A stretch of DNA of 64,000 nt from Octopus sinensis (GCF_006345805.1 NC_043003.1:40610001-40674000), one strand, 5' to 3'. Counted from the stretch's first letter, positions 28,828 through 42,318 are shown. Numbers and translations are program-made. Notes: a model not told the origin generated them from the letters alone.

Positions 28828-29037
28828 CTGACAGAACAGTTAGCACTCCGGACGAAATTGTTAAAGACATTTCGTCCGTCACTGAGTTCTGAATTCAAAG
28901 TCCGGCGAGGTTAATTTTGACTTTTATCCTTTCAGTGCTTATATAAAAAGATCATCAGCTGAGCACTGGGGTCGATGTAAGAGACGTACCCTCTGCCCCG
29001 AAAATGATGGCTTTGTCCCAAAATTTGAAAGCAATAT
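28828..29037 (+). mobile_element. SINE family B, diverged
   Basis: Head, B-box and ggggtcgat motifs. Confidence 0.75.
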
Positions 29038-29149
29038 GAATAGGGAATTTCATGGTCCAAAATGGCTCCATGAGTACCCATAATGCTCATAGCTGAAGGT
29101 TCGGACATCAAAGAATACCACTATGTCTAACCATACCCTCTTGTTTTAT

Positions 29150-29470
29150 ATTGAAATCGTACACTCTGCCAGGGATCGCTCCTCGCATTCAATCATGTCA
29201 TCACTCCATCTTTAAACTTCGTTGCCTACAACTCCTATTTCCGTCCATCCAACGCCGGAAGATATAGTTACAGAAATAATGTGACCAAAATATTGAAGCC
29301 CTCACAGTTGGCCATCCTCAGCGACTTCCATTGCGCTCCCTTCTCTTTCCTTATTGAGTCATTTGTTCTACGGGCCAAACCGATCGGCAAGTGTCCTCTG
29401 TAGCATATCATCATGAACGATCTCAGTCGCTGAATATCGGCAACTCTTAAGGTTCAGTCTTTGTCCTCGT
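29150..29470 (-). mobile_element. RTE LINE 3' coding remnant
   Basis: Fragments RTNDSIRKE, LQYFGHII, RWSDDMIE..SLAECT. Confidence 0.65.
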
Positions 29471-29747
29471 GCAACACTACTGGTCAAATTAAGGTATTGA
29501 CTGGTATCAAAATGTTTCTATTAAATAGTAAAGTATACATGTCACTAAAGGAGATCTCCAGCTGCCATTCCAAAAATTTATTTGATATTTAATTTCTATA
29601 CTTACTTTTATTACTCAAATTAATTGTTAATGTTTCTTCCATTTAAGTTAATCAGTGACGATATGTCATTTGTATATTTCTCCGCAATTTCGTTCATACT
29701 AGTCGTGACACTCTTCCCCACATTTTCGCCTACACACACGCACACAG

Positions 29748-29826
<79 letters not shown>

Positions 29827-29884
29827 AACACAGACTCACACACATCTAAACACACGCGCACATATGTTTATGCTTGGATTTTTA

Positions 29885-29948
<64 letters not shown>

Positions 29949-30410
29949 GTGCATGCGTGTACGTGTGTATGTGTGTGGTGTGCATGTGTGTGTGTGTGTG
30001 TGTGTGTGTCTGTATGTGTGCATAATTTATGTTTCCTGTTTACAAATTAAATGTTTATATTCGTCAGGTCACCTGTTCGAAAGAAAGATTGCAAAATATC
30101 AAAAGAAAATTCTCATACTTATTTGAAAACATGGCAAAGCAGGAACATACAAATATTAAGTTGCAAAACGTGACATACTTTATTAAAAAAAAAGGATGCA
30201 AACTAAACTAAATTAATAGATTGGGGCATGCAAAAGTAGTTAAAATTGACTGAATGCAAAAGGTGTTAGGGGTAAAAAAGAGAAAAATTTGAGTATAACC
30301 GAGGGAATATGAAGGGAATAAGGAAAATAGTTTACTGGCATTCCTAATTGTCTGTGTGTTTGGACATACACACGCACACACATACACACACATGACTATG
30401 TGTATATATA

Positions 30411-30836
30411 GGCGCAGGAGTGGCTGTGTGCTAAGTAGCTTGTTTATCAACCACATGGTTCCGGGTTCAGTCCCACTGCGTGGCACCTTGGGCGAGTGTC
30501 TTCTACTATAGCCTCGGGCCGACCAAAGCCTTGTGAGTGGATTTGGTAGACGGAAACTGAAAAGAAGCCCGTCATATATATGCATATATATATGTGTGTG
30601 TGTGTGTGTGTGTATGTTTGTGTGTCTGTGTTTGTCCCCCTAGCATTGCTTGACAACCGATGCTGGTGTGTTTACGTCCCCGTCACTTAGCGGTTCGGCA
30701 AAAGAGACCGATAGAATAAGCACTGAGCTTACAAAGAATAAGTCCCGGGGTCGATTTGCTCGACTAAAGGCGGTGCTCCAGCATGGCCGCAGTCAAAATG
30801 ACTGAAACAAGTAAAAGAGTAAAAGAGTAAAAGAGT
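30411..30836 (+). mobile_element. Full-length SINE family A (reference copy)
   Basis: tRNA-like head with GGTTCAGTCCC B-box-like motif, central (TA)/(TG) tract, and a thrice-repeated GTAAAAGA tail. Confidence 0.95.
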
Positions 30837-30942
30837 ATATATATAATAACAAAGGGTGAAATTAATTAATTAAGAAGTAATCAGTAATTTCACCAAGTAG
30901 AATTCAGTATATAAAAGACCAATTCATGGTAAGTTTAAGTAA

Positions 30943-31405
30943 TACTAAATAATTAGGGTTCAGCAACGATCTGCCTCACCACACACCGAATTTAGAAATA
31001 GCAGTCAAAAAGTCTTGGCTATTCCTTCTACCTTAAAGGGAGATCCCAGTAGAACCAAAGCACTCAAGAACAAACCACGCAGGTAAAAGAGAAAGAAATG
31101 ACGAAAACCATTCTATATTAAGTTGCCTATGGACGCGCGTTTCGGAATTAAGCCGGTATAGAGCATAAAAATAAATAGTTATACCTTACCCGACTATTTT
31201 CCTCATCAGCGTAGGATTCTTCAATTATCAATAATTGCGTCTCAATTATTAATTATTGTGTATTAAATTTGAAGGCACTAGAAAATATCACTTCACCTCA
31301 CGGTATCACGGTTAAAGTAGAAGGAATAGCCAAAACTTTTTGACTGCTATTTTTAAATTCGGTGTGTTGTGTGGCAGATCGTTGCTGAACACTAATTATT
31401 TAGTA
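30943..31405. mobile_element. Element with 94-bp inverted arms enclosing a hammerhead motif
   Basis: Arms 30943-31036 and 31312-31405 are near-perfect reverse complements. Confidence 0.85.
31126..31215 (-). ncRNA. Type-I hammerhead ribozyme motif with extended stem II
   Basis: CCTACG-CTGATGA-GGAA...TTCC-GAAA-CGCGCG-TC/CATAGG; stem I 5/6 pairs; palindrome ACGCGCGT; GUC triplet. Confidence 0.85.
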
Positions 31406-32699
31406 TATATATATATATTATATAGGCATATGTTAATATATTGTTATGCTCACACAGATTCACACACACATATACATTCTCAAACATAAATAAACACGTG
31501 TGGTATAAATCTATTTGAGCAAAGCATATATGTATGGAAGAAAATGTACGCGTGTGTAATCTATGCCATTATGCTTATCACCTACTTTGGCATGAATAAA
31601 TTTCAGGGATCTGAATGAATAACCTAGACTCTTCTGATGGGTTTCATCTAAGTGTGGGTTGTTTGTTTTATATAGCTTAAAACAATATTCATAAAATTTG
31701 AAAGAAATTCATTGTCCCAATCAAGACATAGTATAATGACAGTTCTGTTCAGCTGTCTAGAAATATATATATATATATATATATACATATATATATTTAT
31801 ATATGTAGTTGAACGTTTTGTGTTGATCCGAGCAACTGGTAGGATGAATGCAAGGCAGTGAACCAGCTATTCTGGAATCCATGAACCACGGCTGTCAACG
31901 AGTGATATAAGGTCAAGTGAAGTTAATGAATGTAGTGACCATTGTATAAGGGAGTAGAAAATAAACGTTTATTTAAACCCGTCAGTACCATGGTTTAAGT
32001 TTGAATAGGAAGCGTTTTTTTTTCTTTCGTGTCTTTAAGTGCACAAGTCCACAACGTGCAGAAATGTCATACATTGATAAATGGAAGAGGGAATACCACT
32101 TTGAGTTGAAGTGGGTGTCAATGGGTTGGCCTATCATACAGTGTAGCGTGTTTCGAATGTTTTCGCGAAAGTGATCGACAAGACAACGATATGATTCACT
32201 ATATAATGCTGAAAGACGTGCAGTAGAGATATTGGGTAATGTGTTACTGAGACATAGGTTTCGCAGAGATTGTAAGATTGCTGCTGCAGAGGCAGTTATT
32301 CCATCGACTGCGAGTGCAATTAATACAAGTCTTATCGATCCAAACCAACACCAATCTTCTTAGTTTCGGTTTTCGCTAATCTGTGCTATGTATCTGCGAG
32401 AGGAAGAGACCACTTGTCTTTATTTAGACATTTCTCTTGAAGAAGGAAAACTCAAATATAGCATAACAAATCTTCTTTGGAAGCAAATGCATACGTTGTT
32501 AAATGGTCGGGATTGTCCCTGTGCTAGGCATTTCCTCACTGCTGATCATTGAGAAGTGTTGTCGTATTTCGGACGCGAATTGGCTTCCACAACCTCCTGC
32601 GTATGTGTATGAACTGCGATGTTGTTTACACCAATTTGGGATATAAATGAAACGCAATCACACCCCGTATATTGATTCCTTAACCACTGTACTAAATCT

Positions 32700-33370
32700 T
32701 TTATTCTCTTTATTCTTTCACATGTTTCAGTAATTTAACTTCGGCTATGCAGGAGCGACACCTTAAAAGGCTTTTTATTTGGAGAAAGTGACCCCAAGGA
32801 CTTATTCTTTGTTAACTATAGGTCTCTAATGCTCAGCCACTACGTTACGAGGATGTAAACACACCAACATCGGTTGTCAAGCGGTGGTGTGAGGGACACA
32901 CACACACGACGGTCTTCTTGGAAGAAACTTACCTAAGGTGACACAGTGGGACTGAACTTAATATTTCCTTCTTTATCATTTATTGAAATAAAAGCGACGG
33001 AGTGGCACACTGAAGAAAATGCTTCAAATAACGCAGAGGTCAAATTTACCTTTTATCATTTTGGGTCGATTAAATGAGTACCAGTTGATGTAATCAGTTT
33101 CACCGCAATTCACATTTGCTGGGCTTGAACCAAAATAAGAAAGAATTATTTATTCAGAGGAAGACTTCGAGCTGAGAAAATCGTTAAGCACATTGGATAA
33201 AATGTGTAACGGCATTTATACCACATCTGTACGTCCTGCGTTCAAATTTCGCCGAGATTGACAATACTTTTCATTCATTCAGCATCGATAAGCTAAGTAC
33301 CAGTTGAGTAAAAGGGACAGTGTAACTGACACACTCACTCCCTTTAAAACTGCTAGTTTGAAGCCATTAA
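32700..33370. mobile_element. Diverged SINE A (-, 32700-32958) and two diverged SINE B (+, about 32993-33148 and 33165-33370)
   Basis: Family motifs recognisable by eye. Confidence 0.65.
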
Positions 33371-34625
33371 TTATTCAGGTATCTCGTTGTATATTTATTG
33401 CATTATATGCGATGATTTGGTCTATGACATGTTCTCAGTAAGATAATGGATTTGATATCAAGTGCTCACCTCCTCAGTAACTAAAAGCATGGTCAACACC
33501 ATTATATGGCTTTGAGAATTGTTGTGAAGCGTAATTTACTTGTTGATGTTATTGTTCGTATCTTCGCAGTTCCCACTGCGCAGGTAGTCTAAAATACGTG
33601 TCTTTTGTTTTCAAAGATCGTAAGGTGAACTTAAGGGAGCTTTGTGTGCTATTTTGAGCGAATGAAATAGATTTATGTAATCCAGATATAATATTTTTGT
33701 TATATTAAGTCTGGTTCTGACACAAATAGTCTATTCACATTTCAAAATTATTGATGCGCCTTCAACTTCATTTGTTCATATATAAATAGTTCTCATTTAA
33801 TTATAATAAACCTATATTAAATATGATTCTTTGAAATACATCTAGCTCCCTATTGAACATTATTGTATAGTAACGGGTTCCATTCTTTCATACAGAGGTA
33901 GCTTTAATTTCAATATCATTGTCGTGATATTATGTCTCATATCACCTTCGTAACATACCCCAGCTATTTCTATAATACTGCCTTTATAGAAGAGTAAACA
34001 TTATACAAATTTTCATTTTAAGATTTCTTGTCCAATTGTCTACTTTACATTACCACATTCTTAAAAGGTAGATAATTTCATAAAAGAAAACAATGTTACG
34101 AATATTGAAAAATGAAAGATAAAACTAAGAAATAAATACGAATCGAATTGATATTGTACATTTTTTTAGAAATGCCATTCGAATGCTAAGTGATAAAATC
34201 CAATGAAAATATAAATATAAAATATAAAATATAAAACTTCTCATTTAATTTTAAAAATTAATACGAGAAAGAACTTTTGGCTTATGAAAATATGACTAAA
34301 TATTTATATGGCTCTCTCATTAAGTAAGTATTTTTGTTTCAACACGCAATTTCAGATCAAGTCACTTGCTAGACAACTCCAAATGCATGACTGTTTTACC
34401 GATTTAATGCTGGAAAGAAGAAAACAGAAAGAAATATGAAATAATTTCAACATGGTCCCTTCCCTTACAGAAAGAAGAGTAGAGGAGCCAAAGAAAACGA
34501 AAATGATGAAGATATAATTAAACACTTGAGTTGTTTTAATAAAATACATCCTGTTGAGTGAAGAAATGTTTGTGGCTCTGTGTGTGGGCGTATATGCATA
34601 TATATTTGTATGTCTCTCTCTCTAC

Positions 34626-34666
<41 letters not shown>

Positions 34667-34702
34667 CATGTATGTGTGTGTATGTGTGTGCATGTGTGTG
34701 TG

Positions 34703-34823
<121 letters not shown>

Positions 34824-34854
34824 TTATTTAAAAATTAGGGAATATATATGTATG

Positions 34855-34890
<36 letters not shown>

Positions 34891-35080
34891 CATAGATACT
34901 TATACACATGTACATATGGTGATGCAGAGCTAAGTTTCACGATGCGGTGCCCCAGATTATGAACCACAGGCATTACAAACACTTTAGATGGTAGATAAAC
35001 GTCTTGGTTGACACAAAGACCCGGGCTAATCTACACCTCCTTGATTCCTACCCTAGGTGTTAGTTGGCATATATATATGG

Positions 35081-35113
<33 letters not shown>

Positions 35114-35611
35114 CGAGAGAAAGAGGAGAAAGAGAAAGGAAGAGAGAGAGAGAATACAGATACAAAAAAAAAATTCACGAGATTCTTTATTCGAAACCAA
35201 AACATTTGCTTCGAATCATAAGTAAGATGCTGTGCAATCAATTGTCTGGCACCTCAGATGTAGAATGCATGGTTAAATATAAGTCATATAGCGATAAAAT
35301 ATAAATGGAGTCAAAATAAAAAAAAGAAAACAGATAAGACATACATGAAATTAAAATAAAGGTATAAATATATAAAGATATAAAATAAGTATTTCTAAAG
35401 GGTTTCTTTGGCAATAAATTTCCATTAGATCGATATGAGGAAGAAAGAATTAGATTCACTAGGAAATAAATTTAGAAAGATGTGTGTGTGTTTGTGTGTG
35501 TGTGTATGTTAATATATATAAGTATGTATAAGTATGTATATAAATATATACACACACAAACACACACAGAAACACACAGACACATACACACACGCACACA
35601 CACACACACAC

Positions 35612-35669
<58 letters not shown>

Positions 35670-35800
35670 TATATATATATTATATATATATATATATAAT
35701 ATATATATAATATATATATATATGAGTTCACAAGTGTGAACAAGAGAGACAGAGCAAGGCAGAAACAAGGAAAATGCCACTTATATTTGAACACTATACA

Positions 35801-35945
35801 AATATTCCTTTAAAAAAACATTTCTTTTAATTTTTCTAAATTTAATTATTTAATCGTTACAGTTGAAAAGGTCTCAAAATGACTGAAACCGGTACTGAAA
35901 TGTTCTTTATAAAATTATTTTAGCATTTTCTATCTTGACTTGTTT
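35801..35945 (+). mobile_element. Solo pLTR related to the Neptune-type PLE termini
   Basis: 35885-35945 aligns to the reverse complement of 55520-55595 and 52930-53005. Confidence 0.75.
35857..35900 (+). ncRNA. Hammerhead motif with variant core UUGAAAA
   Basis: TTACAG-TTGAAAA-GGTC(tcaaaat)GACT-GAAA-CCGG-TA/CTGAAA; palindrome ACCGGT. Confidence 0.65.
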
Positions 35946-36468
35946 TTTCATATATATATATATATATATATATACACAAAATGGGACAAGAACGCAGCAC
36001 ATTGAAATAGACGATACAAAAAACACGGACGAGTCATTCGAAGCCTCTAATGTTCAATCAAGAACCGGACCATCCTCGCAATTTCGGCTGATTAATCTTG
36101 AAATTGTTCCAATCAGGCCAGAACCATGGAAAAATCTAAGCTACGAGCATTAGATTTCTTGGAAAAAGGATCGAATGTATACGAAACAAGGACAGAAAAA
36201 CGGACGATGTTACACGTATATAAATGCAAAAAACAAAAAATAATACAAATATAAATACAAAAAACAACAACAATATTAATAATAATAATAACAGGACATA
36301 ACAACAGGCAGGCGTATGTATGTATATATATATGTATATATGTATATTTATATATATATGTACATATACATATATACATATATATATATGATTATATATG
36401 TATATGTATATATACATATATATATATATTATATATACATATATGTGTATATATATATAATATATATA

Positions 36469-36500
<32 letters not shown>

Positions 36501-36587
36501 GCATATATGTGTAAATATATATATATATATATATACATACATACATATATATATAGATACATACATGTATACATATATTTATAAATA

Positions 36588-36683
<96 letters not shown>

Positions 36684-36941
36684 TGTATGTATAGAGGGTG
36701 GGGTGTGGTGTATAAAAACTGAATATTGAGAAAGAGGTCGTCAGAATTTTGGAAAAAATATCTTTTTATTTCCTTATTATTATTAGCGTTTTTATTCGCT
36801 TCTCGAACTTGTCAAATAGAATTTTGTGAATGTACAAACACCTTGTTTATTTATATAAAACAGATATTTTGTGTCGGTTTTGTTTAGAAGAGAAGAACAT
36901 TGATTTTGTTTTGTTTTTTGAGTGAGGTTCCATGATAATGG

Positions 36942-37010
<69 letters not shown>

Positions 37011-37631
37011 TAGATAGAAATATAGGTAGGTAGATAGGCTAATAGATAGGTAGGTAAATAGATAGTCAGACAGATAGACAGACAGATTGGTAGAGAGAGG
37101 TAGAGAAAGAAGGGAGATCTCACTTCTTATTCACCATTCATTTATTTAGTCTTTTTTGCTTTTTTCTCTCTTCCCCTTTTTCTTCCCTTCTTTCTTTTCC
37201 CTTTTCTTCCTTTTTTCTTATTTTTTCCGCTGTCTTTTTTTTTCTCCTCTATGAGTTATATTTAGAATACAAATTGTACTCTCTCCACTTTTTTCAAACA
37301 TTCAATTTTGGAGAGAATATTTATATATACATACATATATATATATATAATATATATATATATATAATATATATATTATATATATATATATATATATATT
37401 ATAATATATATATATATATAGGTGAGTGAATTTAGAGGTTATAACCGTCTAAGTGATACTTGTATCCAATAAATCCACTGGTGTATTACATATATTTAAT
37501 CATAAGCATTGGTATTAATGCTCATAAATGATAGGTAGTGACAAGAATAAAGTGCAGTTTATCAATATTCAATGAATTGATGAATTACAATTGATTTACA
37601 TCAATCTTTAAGGATTGCTTTACTCCCTCTC

Positions 37632-37970
37632 TCTCTCTCTATCTGCTTAGTCGAAGTCGACTCTCGGTCACTCGCTGGATCAGTGTCCTCCAGTCAGTTC
37701 TATCCTGAGCCGCTTCTTTCAGATTGGCTATGTCCATTCCGGTATCACTCTTGATGGTGTCAAGCCAGCGGGTTCTTGGTCGGCCTCTTCCTCTCTTGCC
37801 ACTGACCATTCCGAGCATGATGTCCTTCTCCAGGGATTTTATCCGCATAATATGATCGAAATATGCCAATCTATGCTTGGTGATCCTAGCTTCTAGCGAC
37901 ATTTTCGGCCTGATCTGTTTAAGAACTTCTCCATTGGTGAGCCTCGCTATCCATGGAATCCGTAAAAGTC
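37632..37970 (-). mobile_element. RTE (BovB-like) LINE 3' end with (AG)n tail
   Basis: LLRIPWIARLTNGEVL...LAYFDHIMR..SLEKDIMLG..GKRGRGRPRTRWLD...AAQDRTDWR. Confidence 0.92.
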
Positions 37971-37971
37971 T

Positions 37972-38367
37972 TTACTAAGCTTATCTAAGTCTGATTTATT
38001 AGGGTAAATCAGTCTAACTTGTGTTACGTAAGTAATTGTCCTTATGGTCCTTCATTGTTATGTGTGGTTTAATCCGTGTAAAAGGTCCTGTTATATCATC
38101 TATATTATACTCAAACAGTTTCTTGGCCTTAAAGATTGCTTTACTATTCTAAGACTTACAGATAAAGATACCAGATTCGTTTTAGAATGGAAAATCCTAG
38201 CCTCCACACCTTCGTACAATGTAAAAAATAAGGAATGCTATCTTTGCATCAATGCAAAATTCTTCATACTAGTGGCACAACACCCATTACTTAAGTTGAG
38301 GAGAGAGAAAAACTTAGCCTGCCTGTAGAAGGGTAAGTTTACCTTCGCTAAATATAAATCGCATTAG
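37972..38367. mobile_element. PLE remnant (LKDHK-type): inverted RT N-terminal piece (-, 37972-38143) joined to GIY-YIG C-terminus (+, about 38145-38367)
   Basis: Minus: PHITMKDHKDNYLRNT/QVRLIYPNKSDLDKLSK. Plus: FVLEWKILASTPSYNVKNKECYLCINAKFFIL...LL. Confidence 0.75.
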
Positions 38368-39187
38368 AGACCCTTTGCACCATCCTCCAAAATAGGACCT
38401 AGAGCCCATCACCACAGAAATAGCAGTTCTCGATATTTAATCTAGGCATATATTAACACCTAAATTAAAGCTAGTTTAATAGTATTACACACCTGGGTCC
38501 CTTTAGGTGATTCACGAGAAATATCCCTTCACCAACATATCTGAGTTCAAATTCCGCCGACCCCCAACCCCCAACCGTAATAACTAAATATATTATATAT
38601 TTATTAAGATATCTCACTTTATATAACCTTCTCACCACCTTTAGAAAATCAGCTCTTTCAACTATGATCCTAATTTAGCATAGAGAGGGCATTAGTACTT
38701 AACCCCCCAAAATTAATCCCCCTCAATGAGAGCCTGTACCCGCCATCCCAGCTAAGGCTGTACTTGCAACTAATTTTACCTAATTGAACCTTCTACACCA
38801 TGGGTTAGTTTGTTTTAATTAGCTTCATTTCTATCTGTACTAATTTCAGCCACCATACTGGTCTACTTTCATTTAATGTGGACCCCATTAGACTTACCCA
38901 TTTAGAACACCACGTCGTATAACATAACTTAGTTTAACAACTTAATATTAATTGCACACCTATCAAGATTGTATTGGTTTGTACTTGGTACTGTAGTAGA
39001 CGCTTTTTCTATGAGCTATTATTACCCTTAAGCGTGTCGTGTATAAATGGAAGTAAAATTTTCTGATAGACCCCATATGGTTGCACCCATATAATTACAA
39101 GTTTAGTAATATGAACAATATAACATTAATATTAATATATATTAAGTAGGATTTAGTAAACTATAGTGGTACCCTGAATTTGTAACC

Positions 39188-39409
39188 TATTTCTTTACTA
39201 CCCACAAGGGGCTAAACACAGAGGGGACAAACAAGGGGATTAAGTCGATTATATCGACCCCAGTGCGTAACTGGTACTTAATTTATCGACCTCGAAAGGA
39301 TGAAAGGCAAAGTCGACCTCGGCGGAATTTGAACTCAGAACGTAACGGTAGACGAAATACCGCAAAGCATTTCGCCCGGCGTGCTAACGGTTCTGCCAGC
39401 TCGCCGCCT
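39188..39409 (-). mobile_element. Young full-length SINE family B with 9-bp TSD (reference copy)
   Basis: TTTGTAACC at 39179-39187 and 39410-39418; head GGCGGCGAGCTGGCAGAA, B box GAGTTCAAATTCC. Confidence 0.95.
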
Positions 39410-40518
39410 TTTGTAACCATGTTAGTAATTAGCAAGTGATTTAACTTGTAATCGTTTAATTATTTTGGAGTTTTGTGTATTTGCCTTATCATTTGTCTAC
39501 TAAGCAGAATGTACTCAGGAACAATTAGACAATTACTGTTTGTCTAGTATAACCACCACTTGGGACTGTGGGGGCTATTTAAGAAGATAGGCTTAATATT
39601 ATAATTTGAATGTAAATACCCTAGTAACTACCTCTCCTAACTGTAGTCTCCCCTTAACTATTAGTTATTTACCGTCGTACGGTTGCTCGTTTTCATGGTG
39701 GGTTGCTTTATAATGACACAAGCGGTCTTGGGCCATTTATGATATAGGCTAGTCCACACACTGTTTATTTGCTTTTTTATTTACTTGTCTATTTATATTT
39801 ACCCCCATAAGTGTCTAAGCTTGCCCTTGGTTTTAAATTTAACTGACCAATTATTGGGACGGCTGGACTTTGGTTAATTCCATTACGAACAACAGGTGGT
39901 TGGTCTTTAGAATATATCAGTAAGTACATTATTGTAACAAATTTGCAGCTATGTTTTTGGAAACATTTTAATTAACACTATTTACGAAATCATGAGTACT
40001 GTACTTTTTCAGATCTATTGGCGAATCCTGTTATACTTAAGTACTAATATTATTTCATTATTATTTATACACTGTGGTTCCCCTAAAGAAAGATTGACCC
40101 ATCAATTATTTTTCTAGTTTATGCATTTGCTCATCGACTTTTGCTTTACAGTGCAAAATGGTATGACTGTAGATTATTAAGCCTTCTTTCCTCATCTCGA
40201 GGCCCTGTTCTTTACTCTTCTTTCTTCTCTTTTATTTTATGTATTTGTATTCATTCTGATGAAAGCTCCATGTACCAGGTCCGATGTGCTATAAAAGATG
40301 ACGAATATTATGATCATAATTTTCTATGGAGACACTGACTGCCACATGCATCAGAAACGGCTGTTAGCAATGTCAAGTTTTGTATTAAAAAACAATAACC
40401 GACGGTAGTCAATTTTTTTGTTGATCAAATGTTTTCTCCATTTTCTGCTTATTACACACACACACAAACACACACACACACACACACACGCACACACACA
40501 CACATATATATATATATA

Positions 40519-40890
40519 TACTAGCAGTATCGCCCGGCGTTGCTCAGGTTTGTAAGGGAAATAACTATAAAGCATTTTTAGAGAGTTATAGCCAAAAAAT
40601 AGCAAAAAAATGGAAAAAAAAATGATGGTAAATTTTTTTGGAGAGTTAAAAAAGGTGGAGTTGCGTCCCCTAGACAGTTTGTGGTTTGTGTTTCTGATTC
40701 TCGACCCCATGTCGAATTTATCGATTTTTTTCAGAACTGGGGGAACTTTTAGTTTTGAATTATGACATTGGGCTATGTGTGTGTCAAGTTTCATCAGAAT
40801 CGGTTGAAAGCCGTGGTCAGGGTGAGGGTACAAGCAAACAGACACACAGAAACACGCACAGACAAACTGCCGTTTATATAGAGAGAGATA
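40519..40890 (+). mobile_element. Helitron-like non-autonomous element
   Basis: Starts TACTAGCAGTATCGCCCGGCGTTGCTC, the same terminus as 57665-58032; class is inferred. Confidence 0.6.
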
Positions 40891-41194
40891 TTCACACATA
40901 CACACTGACACACTGACACAGACACACGTATACGCACACGCAGGCACAGATACATTGCTGGGATGGATTAATTGGCTGAGCAGGTGAGGTATTCGAACAG
41001 CGGACCCTTGGTATTAAGATCAAAGCCTTTATTGTCTTTAAGATCTTAGTTCAAATTTTATACATAAGACACTTACCCCCAACATCACTGTCTCCCTCAT
41101 ACATACATGCATACGCACACACACACATAAATTATGTAGGTGGCCCGTTAACAATTAAAACCTATACGCACACTTATATATTTATGTGTGTATG

Positions 41195-41420
41195 TATGTG
41201 TGTCTTTGTGTCCGTATCTTTTCCCTACACCACCACTTGACAATCGGTGATGGTGTGTTTACATCCTCGTAATTTAGCAGTTCAGTGTAATAGATCGATA
41301 TAACATGTACCTGGTTTATGAGAAATATAAGCATTGGTGTCGATTACATTCCACTAAAATTTCATACCCCAGCATGGTCCTGTGTAGAAACTGAAACAAG
41401 TAAAGGATAAAAGATAAATT
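41195..41420 (+). mobile_element. SINE A 3' half, diverged
   Basis: ttgacaa..ggtgtgtttac..gaaacaagtaaa motifs. Confidence 0.7.
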
Positions 41421-41439
41421 ATAAACTATTATAAACTAT

Positions 41440-41975
41440 AAAGAATTAAACGAGAATATCAGAAAGGTAAAAACAATTATGTCACCGAGTCGTTCGAAAT
41501 CCTGAAGAGCAAGCAAAACGCAATATTCCGGGAGATCTTTTCCAGCAGGTGAAGGGTTGAAAGGAGAATACACTGTAAAGACGACAGAATGAAAGCACGA
41601 GCTGGAATAGTCCGAACAGCACCATAACAGGAAAGCAAAACTGGTACACCGAAAAGTTGTTGGGAAACGGTGCAAAGGTCACCGTGGGTTACACAGATTT
41701 AGGATTCGAGAAATAACCTGAACCACTAAGTGAGGTACAAAGAGCTCTGGAAAAGATAAAAAACGGAGAAAACATCAGGTCTAGATCTAGTGTCAGGCAA
41801 AAAGGTGGATGGCGAATATCAAGAGCTGGTTGAACAAGAGTAACAAGGTGGCTGGGGAACTCGTGTTTAATCGGGAAGACTTTCGTTGTAGATTCATCAA
41901 TGCTTCGCTGGGGTACGATATATGACAACGGTGATGCATACATACATACATACATACATACATACATACATACAC
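41440..41975 (+). mobile_element. Internally deleted RTE-like LINE remnant with (CATA)n tail
   Basis: PEPLSEVQRALEKIKNG motif; degenerate 3' end running into (CATA)n. Confidence 0.5.
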
Positions 41976-42270
41976 TAAAACACAAATCTGTACGTATATA
42001 CATTCATACATACATACGTACATACATACATACAAACAAAAATACCCTGTTGTTGATTTTGAAATTCCAATGAAAGAGACTTTTATCTAGGTTAGAAACC
42101 GGTTCTTTCTCTATTGGCAAGAAATCTTGAAATAAACTGAATATATGAAACCTAAAAGAAATATCAAAACAATATTGTCCATTCAAATCTGAGAGATCTG
42201 AGCCTCTTGTCAGAGTTTCTCATTTCCGGTCAGCAGACAAAAGCAGAAATGAATGCGAAGGCTTGTATGT

Positions 42271-42318
<48 letters not shown>

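Noticed and set aside
32177-32362. About 60-codon open frame (STRQRYDSLYNAERR...)
   Set aside because: No start codon or splice context and no recognisable homology.
35975-36290. Probable interspersed repeat with hairpin GGCTGATT/AATCAGGCC
   Set aside because: No canonical ribozyme core and no second copy in the window to define it.
38400-40100. Mitochondrial insertion (NUMT)
   Set aside because: Compositionally distinct, but no mitochondrial gene motif was recognised.
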